In this document: positions 52,881-64,000 of the stretch, piece after piece
Layout of the letters: each line of letters starts with the position of its first letter
How positions within the stretch are numbered: position 1 is the first letter of the stretch
Source: Octopus vulgaris
Taxonomy: Eukaryota
Direction of reading: 5' to 3'
Length of the DNA: 64,000 bases
NCBI GenBank assembly: GCA_951406725.2
Contig: OX597827.1
Coordinates: forward strand, 54,994,001-55,058,000
Made by a program: the position numbers and the translations under genes
The notes under the pieces: generated by a model
What the model was told of the DNA's origin: nothing
Database searches by the model: none
The model's input: only the letters and a program-made list of their open reading frames with translations

Positions 52881-53472
52881 ATGGAAGAGAGTATAAGAAC
52901 CAGGACAATTTCTGAAATCTCTGTTTATCCTGATAAACCGACTAAGTCGTTCATAATGAAAGAGGAGTCTTCAGAATTTAAGAACAGAGCTCGTTCATTT
53001 GACTTGCCTGTTGAGAGGGAAGTGTATTCGGAAAACAACTCACCTTGCGAGGATGCCACATTCCGGCGGACAGAATTCAGCAGCAAAGGGCGCTCTAGTT
53101 CAGAAGGATCCCTTTCTATTGGCAAGCCTAATTTTGTCACAAGCAAATATATTCTATCACAGCAAGATCCAGCCTCCATTAAATTTAGCCCTAAAGAATT
53201 TGAACTCCCCACAGATCTCTCTGAACTCCAAGAAGCTGAATCAAACTCAACAGCTTGTGAATTTTCTGAATATGTGAAAAACTTGACAGTATCTCTGTCC
53301 CCACTAGAATCTGATAAGAATGACAGTGATAAAAGAGGGAGAACAGGAAGTCACCCAGGTCACCCCAGGCGATTCCTTAGCTGTATTGATATTGGCCCAG
53401 TCTCTACCGCTGACAGAAATGCCAACAGCGAAACTCAGGGGATTTACTCTGCTACAAGTCCTGAAATTAAAA
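52881..53472 (+). CDS. Putative coding part of an alternative first exon: 197 codons + 1 nt, Ser/Glu-rich, probably disordered
   Basis: Longest ORF in the track, in non-repetitive sequence with higher GC than its flanks. ATG context ataATGG; in-frame TAA at 52851; donor AAAA|gtatgt at 53472/53473 in phase 1, after which the ORF becomes T-rich and intron-like. No domain recognised. Confidence 0.65.
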
Positions 53473-55547
53473 GTATGTTTCTAGGAGTTTTATATTTCTA
53501 TGTTCCTGGTTTCTACACTTGTTACCAAGCACTATTCTCTTTGGTTTCTATTTTTGATTTACCATCTTCCTCACTCACTCATTTCTCTAAATGATTGAAT
53601 AGTATTTCAGCTTGTAAGTAATACAGGTTTACTATTATTTGCTAAAAGATATACTAAAGTTATGTGTGGTGTTCTTAATTTGAAGTTGTATTCACATATT
53701 GTATAAGTATACAGAAACTGTATCACTCAAATATTTTAAATGATATTTTTTGCTTCCAGCTAATGTGTTAAACAATCAGCTCTTTGATACCAAAGCTGCA
53801 TATGCTTACTTCTAGGTTACATAGAAATTTATGATTTATTCACTAATCCTCTTCCTCTGTTATCAACATTAACATTTTAACATCTGGTATGGGTCAGCTA
53901 GGTCTGTATGATAGCCTATGTCCCCATTTTGTCTTCATCCTGTTCTTCTATCTCCTCTCTGTTTGGTAATTTAAAAATAGCTAAATTACTTGAAACAAGA
54001 GCTGAAGTTTCATAACCTCCCAGTATGTTGTTACAAAAGTCCTAGAATATACACAGTAAATCTTGTATTTAGATTTTTAACTATAACATTTCATTACTGT
54101 TATGTATATTATCAAAGCCAAATAATACTTCTGATATACTAGCAGAACCCATAGAAAGTCAATGCTTTATATATTTCCTTATTTCTACTTAGATGCAAAA
54201 ATTCATAGCTCATCATAATATTATTTCATTCCGTATTTAATCTTGTTTTAAGTATAGACTCAAAACTTGCTTCTCTATGTTAAATATTTCGTCTTTGATT
54301 TCATTCCAAAATTAAGGTTGCTAAAACACGTGACACTAAAATTTTTTAAGCTTCTTATGTTAATTATTTCAATTAAGTTTTTTTATTTTTTTTTATAAAT
54401 TCATAGTTAAGGTTGTTTAAAGCATAACACAAACGTGTTTCATCATGTTACAGATTTTGATTGTCTTCAATTTATTACATAGTTATTAAGATTGCTAAAG
54501 GTGTAACACTCAAACACATTTAGTGACAAGCATAATATTATGGATAAGGCTGCATGAGTATCAATACATATACACACAAGCCAAATTTGTACGTGCACAC
54601 ACACACACACACACACACACACAATTATATATAATAGATAGTTAAATAACATAATTCTCAAAGAAAGGCATACATTTTGAGAGTGATTGCCAGCTAGCCA
54701 AAATTAGATTAATACTGAAACACAGACCACCTTTTACTAGTTAAACTGTAGGGTTGAAGAGCAGTCTCTGTGATCATTTGACATGCTGAAAGTAGTTGCC
54801 AAATCTCCTTCAAATCATATTCCACTCTCTTCAAAGAAAAAAGACTCAGTGGATATTGTAGTCTTTGCTATATTCTGTTTAAATATAAATGATAGGATGG
54901 TCGTGACTGGGATGCTTTTACTCGTAAGTTATCTTGATTGGGTTAACTTGTGGCTAAACAAAAACAATTGATCATCTTTTATAAAATTTACCCTGAGGTT
55001 GTATTTTTCATACTGTCAGACCTTCTAGTACACTGCTGAGAATTTTGTCTGAGAAGAACAGACCCTTTTTTCTTTATACCCTTATCACCTTTTCACCACA
55101 GTGCCAAACAGATAAAAACTGCCTCACTATCTTTGAAGCAATAATATAGATAATGACAGTGATGATGATGATGATATTTAGATATATTGATTTCAGATGT
55201 TAGCGCAAGGCCAGCAATTTGGGGGGAGGTGTAAGTCGGTGACATCACCCCCAGTGCTCAACTGATACTTATTTTATTGATCCCAAAAGGATGAAAGGCA
55301 GAATTTGAACTCAACTCAGAATGTAAAGACAGATGAAATTCTGCCAGTTGATCTTAGATATTACTAGTGTTGAAAGCATTTTTTTTTCTGTTTTTTCATA
55401 ATGTCATATATCTTAAAATTGTCACTTGTATTTTAATAAATTTCTTCAAAACCGTTTTTTTTTTTATACGACGTACATTGCCTTCCTTTATAACTATTTT
55501 GTGTTAAGTACCTGGAATACACTGGATAAGCTCAGTTGACTATTTCC

Positions 55548-55780
55548 TTATTTCTTTACTGCCCACAAGGGGCAACACACAGAGGGGACAAACAAGGACA
55601 GGCAAACAGATTAAGTCGATTACATCGATCCCAGTGCATAACTGGTACTTAATTTATCGACCCCGAAAGGATGAAAGGTAAAGTCAACCTCGGCAGAATT
55701 TAAACTCAGAACGTAACAGCAGATGAAATATCGCTAAGCATTTCGCCCGGCATGCTAACGTTTCTGCCAGCTCGCCGCCT
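55548..55780 (-). mobile_element. SINE family B, long tail, 15-bp TSD
   Basis: AGTTGACTATTTCCT on both flanks. Confidence 0.92.
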
Positions 55781-58700
55781 TAGTTGACTATTTCCTACTT
55801 ACAAAAGGACCTTGTCCTAGATGAAAAAAGAGAATAATTATTTGAGACAGTTTTCTTCTATTTTATTTTATTATTTTTTCTCCATATGGTTACTACTGCC
55901 TAGGATACTAAGAGCAAACCCTTGTAACCAGATGTACCCATGTTTTAATTTTGTTTTTGATATTCCTCTTATTGGTATGTCACCTACATGTGCACATGTA
56001 TTTTAGTTTTGGATAAAGCTTATAGGTAAGCATTTTGTAACATGATGATACAGGGAAAACATTTTCTTTCTTTTTCAAACTAAAAACATCACTTAAAAAC
56101 ATGCAACATGTCACTATTGATGTGCATGTAATCGGTTCACCAACACTGAAAATGTTTAAAAATACTTCTATTCAAACCTGCTACATCAGGTTCAAATATT
56201 CTACTTGTTTTAAATTCAAAGTGGTCAGATCTAGCTTCACACACCTACCCTACAATGTCATTCTGAAATAAGCGATTACATCATCAAAGTTTCCAAGCTA
56301 CGAAGTAATGCATGATTAATTCAAAACAATTTAATTATATAAGCATTACATTTGACAGAATAATCTGGATGCTAAAGTGTTAATCATTTATATCCCATCT
56401 CACTCAAGATATCATCATTGTAATGTCCACTTTTCCATGCTTGAATGGGGTGGACAGAGTTTATTGAAGCAGGTTTTTTCTGTAGCAGGATGCCTGTCCA
56501 GTCTATCTATCCAAGCTTCGCCTGTTTCCAAGTAAGTTAATATTCCCTATGAGCAAACATATTTTCACAGAAAATTGGAAACAGAGGATATCACTTGCTT
56601 GATTGTGACATTCATTTACATCTAGCACATGAAGTTGAGGCAAGGATATAGTAACACACACACACACAAGTGTGCGTATGTGTGTGTGTGTATGTAAGAG
56701 AGGATATTAGTAATGTAATGATCATTATTGATAATATATAAGTATACATACATAAACAGAAAAGATCTTTATATCTTACTTTTTGCAATAAGCCCTGCAA
56801 AATCATGTTTTCAGAACTAATTAAAATACATAAGTTGTCTTCATGATGGATATGTTTTGGATATCTGTCATTTGACAATGCAGATTCAGTTGTTTGATCA
56901 AATGAATAACTTGTTCACTTAATCAATATGTACATGGCTGAGTATTACACAGATATCATCATCATTTTCATTATTTCATGCCTGTTTTCCATGCTGCCAT
57001 GAGTAAGATGGCTTGACAAGAACTGGTATGGCAATGGGCTACATAAGGTTCCATTGTCTGTTTTGGGTTGGTTTCTACAGCTGGATGCCCTTCCTAACCC
57101 CAACCTCTTTTATGTATAACTTCAACACAATTCTCAGGCAGAATCAGCATGGTGCAGCGTGTGACAAGCCTGTGCATTTCGAATTGCAGGTACAGTTCAC
57201 TTGAGAGGCTTCTGTAAATTTCCACCTACCCAATTTCACTCAGAAGTTATAGATTGACTCAAGGCTATAAAAAAAATGTCATTTACCCGATATCATACAG
57301 TAAGAGTAATCTGGTGCCTTATGGATTGCAAAGCCAAGCTTCTTAACTATTCTGCCTTACTGTGCCTAGATATCATTAAATCATTAAAGACAGCCAGCTT
57401 GAAACTTCATACAACATCTTCATGTTCTGATATATGGGTAAATGAAATTAATTTTAATTCACCTTAAAAGACTTAATAATAATTTAACCCTTTTAGTATT
57501 CAACCCAACCACACCCGACCTAAATATTCTACCTGTTTTATGTTCAAACCAGCCAGATCCAGCCTCTCACACCTACCCTACAATGTCCTTTCAAAGAATA
57601 AGCAATCACATTATAAAAATTTCAAACCTACAAGGTAATTCATGATTAATTTTAAAGAATGTGAATAAATAAGGATTACATTTTACAGAATTAGTTGAAT
57701 GCTAAGGGATTGAAAAAGACCCAATACATTTCAGTTTTTAAAAAAAATAGCAAAAAGAAATGAGGTTGTTAATAATTATTATTATGATACAATCAGAAAA
57801 GGATAACGTTTGGATTATTTTTGCCAACATTTTGATTTTGCTTGCAAATTAATGAAATATTTGATGTAGAAGACAAAATGAAATGCAAGAAATATCCTTT
57901 GTATTGTTAACTCTTTCATTTCCATATTTCTGTTGAGATACAGTGCCTTTTTCTTTTCAATTAATTTTGAAAATAATGAAAAATTTAGTAAAATAATTTT
58001 GTCATTGAGAAGTAATGTTTATCACCAAAATCAATATGCCTGTCCCATAGGAATCAACATGACTACCGTTTTTAACCCCAGGAGGAGCTTCCTCCAGCTG
58101 GTTATCGATGCAATCTGCACCCAATATACATTGCAAGCAGGGAAGCGAACCCCTACCATCTTCCAGCAGACAAAGGAATCACCAGAGCAGTTGGTTTTGT
58201 TCTATTTGTTCCCATCATCAGTGGTGAACACCTGTCTGCTAGAGATGGCAGTAATTCACTCCAGCTTGCAATATATAGAAAACCAAGCGACAATCTGTCA
58301 CTGATCTTGCAACAAGAGCAAAGCAGCTAGCTGGTTAGAAAATCTCTAAGCTTTCATTTGGAACATAAATTAACATGAAATTATGAGGGAAAGTTTTGAG
58401 TTTATTTTAAAACAGGAAGTTTGTATCATAGAACCAAGAGTGGCTTCAGGCATGTTGGTATCAAAAGAGTTAAATTTAACAAAATCTGTGTTGTCTTCAT
58501 AATAGGCATCTAGCTACCTTTCAGTACAACACACACATCACTCCTATTAAATGAATATGATTTTGTGTCTATGACAGAACATTTGGATGGTTGCTGAACC
58601 TAATAGATATTGCAGCTAAATCTCCCTCAAATCATACCATATATTGTCTTCAACAAAGGAGAATACATTGGAAATGTCATCCCTAGTATGCAAAAAAGAA

Positions 58701-58840
58701 AGAAAGAGGATATGGTCATAGCTGGACTCTGTTTGATCAGAGGTCTGCTCAATCAAGGCTGATCTAGGGCTAAAGAGCAACCAGTAGCAGCCACTGAGCT
58801 TGACTTCAGATCTAAAATATAGCTTCTACATGGTCTCAAT

Positions 58841-59178
58841 CATTGGATCTCAACCGAGGTATGGCCCCTGAGGGTCCATGTATGATTTTTGGAGGTCCAC
58901 ACAACAAAATAGCAAATTGGAGGTCTGCAATAGTATTTTAAGGGCCCCTGAAAAAATTTTGCTTTAGGTGTAACTATTGATATGTATTGCACATAACATC
59001 TAAGTTTCTTTCTCTAATTTTACATAGTTCAACCTACACAAGTTAATGTGTGAAAAACAAAATAGGAATTTTCAAAGAAGTTTCTATAAAACTAGTTTTA
59101 AATATCGAATGGCCATGGGGTCCACAGAATAAATTAGTAATCAAAGGAGTCCATAGATAAAAAATGGTTGAAAACCTG
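58841..59178. mobile_element. hAT-type MITE, longer variant
   Basis: CATTGGATCTCAACC ... GGTTGAAAACCTG; flanks GTCTCAAT/GTCTAGAT. Confidence 0.7.
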
Positions 59179-59921
59179 GTCTAGATGGTCACTGTAAGTG
59201 CTTGTAAGAGCAGCCAAATCTGTCATGCTAAATGAAAAATCCTGTTGTCATCTCTGCCCACTATGCTACTTGGGTTTTGGTGACCCCTTGGCCCTGTATA
59301 AATTTTTATTGCATAATATTATTTAAACACACACACACACACATATGATGTTTTCGAGCAGCTGTGGTCTACTGAATTTAATGTAGTAAATATCTTCTGC
59401 AGACCAACAGTTAGATAAAATTCAACATCAAAGCTAACTCTAGGATCAGAACTCAATTATTAATCAACAAAATTAATTACTGCTTAACGTATATACCATC
59501 TGTGCTACCTTTACAGACCTGATTACAATATCGCAATAAATTGTATTAAGATAATAGTAATAATAATAGTTTTAAATGTTGGCACAAGGCCAGTAATTTG
59601 AAGGAATGTTGGGTTAGTTGCATGATGATATATTTCATGATTTTAAGTTTACCTGTTTTTGAAATAAGTAAGGGTTGAAGCTAAGCAAAGTTTCATATTA
59701 TATTTTTCAGAGGATTAATAAATATGTTGCTTAGTTATCAGTAGTCAGGTTCATATAACATACTGCAAGAAGCAAATCAATTCTTGGAATGTTTCCCCAG
59801 CACAGCATAGCAAGCAAGCTTGCTAGTCATGCCTACTATCCAAATGATGATGATGATGATGAGGATAATAATAATGATGCTAATAATGATGATGATAATA
59901 ATATAATAATAATAATAATGA

Positions 59922-60142
59922 TAATCCTACGCAAAATACTTTCTATGTAATCTCAAGTTTTAAAACAAACATAATTTTCTCATGGTTTCTTAAACATTCA
60001 CTAGTACAACACTAAGTACAAATCCAAATATATGGCACCCTAGGCATAACACCAACATGAACTTCCAACTTGTCTATTGAGGTCTCTGGGTGAGACTTGG
60101 AGCCAACTTGTACAAATGCAAAGCAAAAGTCAAACATAGAAT
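59922..60142 (+). mobile_element. Dong/R4-type LINE, 5'-truncated 3' end within (TAA)n
   Basis: Begins ATCCTACGCAAAATACTTTCTATGTAA (ILRKILSM*), like the R4/Dong C-terminus; both flanks (TAA)n; 3' UTR matches 970-1095 in reverse. Confidence 0.7.
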
Positions 60143-60143
60143 G

Positions 60144-60188
<45 letters not shown>

Positions 60189-60702
60189 GTTTAAAATTTT
60201 GCCACAAGGGCAGCAATTTTGGGGGACAGGACTAGTCAATTACATCGACCCCAGTGTTCAGCTGGTACTTATTTTATCAACCTCGAAAGGACGAATAGCA
60301 AAGTCAACCTTGGCAGAGTTTGTACTCAGAACGTAGCAGCAGACTACCACTAAGCATTTTGTGTGGCATACTAATATAATAATAATAATAATAATAATCC
60401 TTTCTATTATAGGCACATTTGGGGAGAGGAGGTTAGTCAGTCATATCAACCTTAATACTCTATCATCATCAGTTAACGTCTGCTTTCCATACTGGCATGT
60501 GTTGGACAGTTTGACTGAGGACTGGCAAGCCAGAAGGCTACACCTGGCTCCAACCTGCTAAGCACTGATACTTAATTTATTGACTCTGAAAAGATGAAAG
60601 GCAAAGTTAACCTCAGTGGAATTTGAACTCAGAATGTAACGGCAGACGAAATACCATTAAGCATTTCGCCCTGCATGCTAACAACTCTGCCAGCTTGCCA
60701 CC

Positions 60703-60755
<53 letters not shown>

Positions 60756-61010
60756 CAACAAAGAAACAATATTTACTATGTGTTTTAAATACATTATATG
60801 TGGAAAAAAAGATGAAACGGTTATGGCTAGAACACCTATGACATGGGTCTGCTGAGCTAGATTAGAGCAGGCATCAGTAACACAATGACTAATCTAACTT
60901 GTGCATTATTTGCCGCATGTGTTAATCATTACTGATATTTCACTATACCTTTTACTTAATGTATGTATACATATATGTATGTATATGTGTGTGTGTGTAT
61001 ATATATATAT

Positions 61011-61332
61011 AGGGAGATGTACTCGCATAGCAAGTAATTTGATCTGAGATCGTGTGCTGAAACGAAAACAATTGCAGCGTGGAAGGTGTTTATAAGCCAT
61101 TTAAGAAACACACAAAAGCCGTTCGATTCACTTCAACATTTAAGTTTAATTTGTCAAAATATTTTCGTCGCTAAAATCCACTGACAAAGTCCGTGCAGCA
61201 TGGACTTTGTCAGTGAACAGGTCGCGGATTTTAGCGACGAAAATATTTTGACAAATTAAACTTAAATGTTGAAGTGAATCGAACGGCTTTTGTGTGTTTC
61301 TTAAATGTCTTATAAACACCTTCCACGCTGCA

Positions 61333-61337
<5 letters not shown>
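61011..61337. mobile_element. Penelope-like element terminal fragment folded back into a near-perfect ~270-bp palindrome, in (TA)n
   Basis: Arms ACAATTGCAGCGTGGAAGGTGTTTATAAG...TTTTCGTCGCTAAAATCC and their reverse complement, inner hairpin CACTGACAAAGTCC/GGACTTTGTCAGTG, TA-repeat flanks and a hammerhead fold. Family assignment is inferred from this architecture. Confidence 0.6.
61206..61255 (+). ncRNA. Minimal type-I hammerhead ribozyme fold with G3-C8 core variant, in a Penelope-like repeat
   Basis: Stem I TTTGTCA(61206-12)/TGACAAA(61249-55); core GTGAACA(61213-19) + G; stem II GTCGC/GCGAC; GAAA(61239-42); palindromic tetraloop ATAT; UH = TT(61247-48). Confidence 0.55.
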
Positions 61338-61384
<47 letters not shown>

Positions 61385-61578
61385 TGTATGTTATATTGTA
61401 ATAATTACTGGTACCTTTATATATTAACATATTTTATATCGTATATGTAAAGCATAATATGTTATACATGTACGTATATTTTTGTAATTGTCAGTTTAGT
61501 AAATAAATAAATAAGTTAACATAATATAATGTCTAAAAGTTAATGAACCACCTATTGATCCCCTCCATTTTCTTATTG

Positions 61579-61633
<55 letters not shown>

Positions 61634-61909
61634 TATATAATTTATATATATATATAATTTCGTAGTGTTGTGTTTTGTAAACAAACTTTCCATGTGCATT
61701 TTCTGTGATTATTTGGTAACTATAATTTCATAGTGAATTTGGTAGACAGAGGCTGTATGAAAACCCATCTTATGCATGTGTGTGTCTTTGTGTTTGTCCT
61801 CTCCATCACTTGGCACACTGGCTTTGGTTTGTTTATGCCCTTATGAATAAGCAGTTCAGCAAAGGAGACCATTAAAACAAGCACTGAGCTTTAAAAATTA
61901 ATTAATCCT

Positions 61910-62133
61910 TTAACCCTTTTGTTACTGCATTTATTTTGAGATGCTCAAAATTTCTTTCAATTGATTTTAAATATATCAAAGAATTTAGTAAAATAACTCA
62001 GTTATCATTAAGCTAGCATTAGGAACATAAATTGTGACTAAGGTTTGGTGGAAGATTTTAATGAAAAACTAATGAAAACAAGACATTTATACTACAGAGC
62101 TGGTTTTGGCCGGGTTGGTAACAAAAGGGTTAA
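61910..62133. mobile_element. piggyBac-type MITE family 2 inserted in an old family-A SINE
   Basis: TTAACCCTTTTGTTAC ... GTAACAAAAGGGTTAA. Confidence 0.88.
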
Positions 62134-63540
62134 TGGTATTAATTTGTTCAAGTGAACCCTTGAAGGTGGTACCCCAGCATAGTCACTTTCCAATGACTGA
62201 AACAAATAAAAGATAAAAGACAGAGGCATTCATATACCTAAATGAAATTTATATTCAGTGTAATCTTATTAATATTATATTTATTTTCAATATTTTTTTT
62301 TTAATATTTTATTGACCCTTGGATGACAAGCTGACAGAATCGTTTGCACACCAGGCAAAATGCTTAACAGCAATTTGCCCATCTTTAACGTTCTGAGTTC
62401 AAATTCTGCCGCAGTCAACTTTGTCTTTCATCCTTTTGAGGTCAATAAAAAAAATACCAGTTGAGCACCGGGGTTGATGTAATTGACTTAACCCCTCCCC
62501 CAAAATTTCTGGCCTTGTTCCAAAATTTGAAACCAATTATTTTATTGTCTCTCTTTTTTTTTTTAAAGCAGAAAAGGTAAAGTGTCAAAATTACCTTCAA
62601 AGTTCAAAACCTTTTAGACTGACTTCTTTCTTCATCCTTCCAAGGTCAATATAATGAGTATCAGTTATGGACTAGTGTCACAACATCTCTCCTTTGAAAA
62701 TCAATGGCCTTGTGCCCATCTAACAAACCAATATGTTAGTAATTTTTATAGCTTATATATGTATATGTGAATTCAAATACCAAACACTTCTAATTTTTCT
62801 ATCCCTGAACTGTGCCTATCCCTTGGCACCACCCTTCCCTGCTCATACATAACCCATTAGTATTTAAACCAGTCATATCAGCCCCAAATATTCTGTCTGT
62901 ATTATATTCAAATTGGCAAGATCTAGCTTTTCACACCTACCCTATAATGTCATTGTAAAACTAAATGATCACCTCATCAAATTCTTGAAGCCATGAGATA
63001 ATGCATGATTGATTCAAAACAATTTGAATAAATAAGTATTACATTTTACAGTGTTATCTGAATGCTGAAGAGTTAAACATCAGTTGTATAAGCCTTGCTA
63101 GGCCTGCAATGTCTATGAACATAGATGCACTTCTTTTGATAATGGACTAGCTTGAAGGAACCGTGTGCAAGGCCTTCATAAGCCTTCTCAAGACAGGTGA
63201 GCTTGAGGCAGGCTACAAAATAATTAAGAGAAAGAAATCTAGATGCATGAAATAAATGTGGGCACAATTTGACAGTTGAGTGGAGCACACCTGTAATAAA
63301 TTGTTATTGATGTTAACAGTAACCTCTGTCTTCCCGTTACTTGTGAAATATCTTCATTGACACATCCATGTAGTCTGTCAAAATGTTTACCAATATAGAT
63401 GTCTAATCTAACTTCAGTTTTGAAGTCCAGGACCATGGATGTCCTAAAAGTCCTAAACAAAATTACCTCTTCATTATCATTGCCATCATCCTCATAAGGT
63501 CTGAGAGACTTGGAGTCAGAAGCCTAGCACTTTCACTACA

Positions 63541-63614
<74 letters not shown>

Positions 63615-64000
63615 CCCTGCTGCAATGATAATATTCTTCAAAATGGAATTATTTTAATAATATAGCAATAATTACCAATAATATTATTCAGATACACTGA
63701 GAAGTTAAATTAATTATATTTTATATTTTGCTAAATCCTTCCAAAATTTTGATTACTTTCTCAGCTATGATGCACAGTCTTCCTCTTGATTGATAGGCAG
63801 ATAAACAATCTTTAAAGGCTTAAACAAGGATTTCTAGCATCTGGCTGACACCTTATACATACAGTCTTCATATTCTGGTACAAGCGTATAAAAATTCTTC
63901 TCTCTTCACTCCCACCTTGAAAGATCTAGTACAATGGTACTCAACCATTTTTAACTTACAGACTCCTTTCCTTCCCATTTTACTTGGATGGACCTTCATA

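Overview
AT-rich, repeat-dense eukaryotic genomic DNA. The SINE, LINE and MITE families and the (TA)n/(CA)n/(TAA)n load point to a coleoid cephalopod, most likely Octopus (inferred from recognition, not a search). The window is almost all intron of a + strand neuralized-type E3 ligase gene. One clear 543-nt coding exon (36156-36698, phase 1-1) encodes most of the second NHR (NEUZ) domain. A second, unique, Ser-rich coding segment (ATG 52881 to a phase-1 GT donor at 53473) lies behind a transposon-poor, pyrimidine-rich region and looks like an internal alternative first exon. The rest is tRNA-derived SINEs (four families), RTE, CR1 and Dong/R4 LINE fragments, piggyBac- and hAT-type MITEs, Helitron-like elements, Penelope-like fragments and several long palindromes. 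Only representative repeat copies are listed and their ends are approximate. Best leads: the putative NHR-less neuralized isoform; a minimal type-I hammerhead fold with a swapped G3-C8 core pair at 61206-61255; a 198-bp hairpin about 95 nt upstream of the NHR2 exon. Most ORFs in the track are repeat or microsatellite artefacts.
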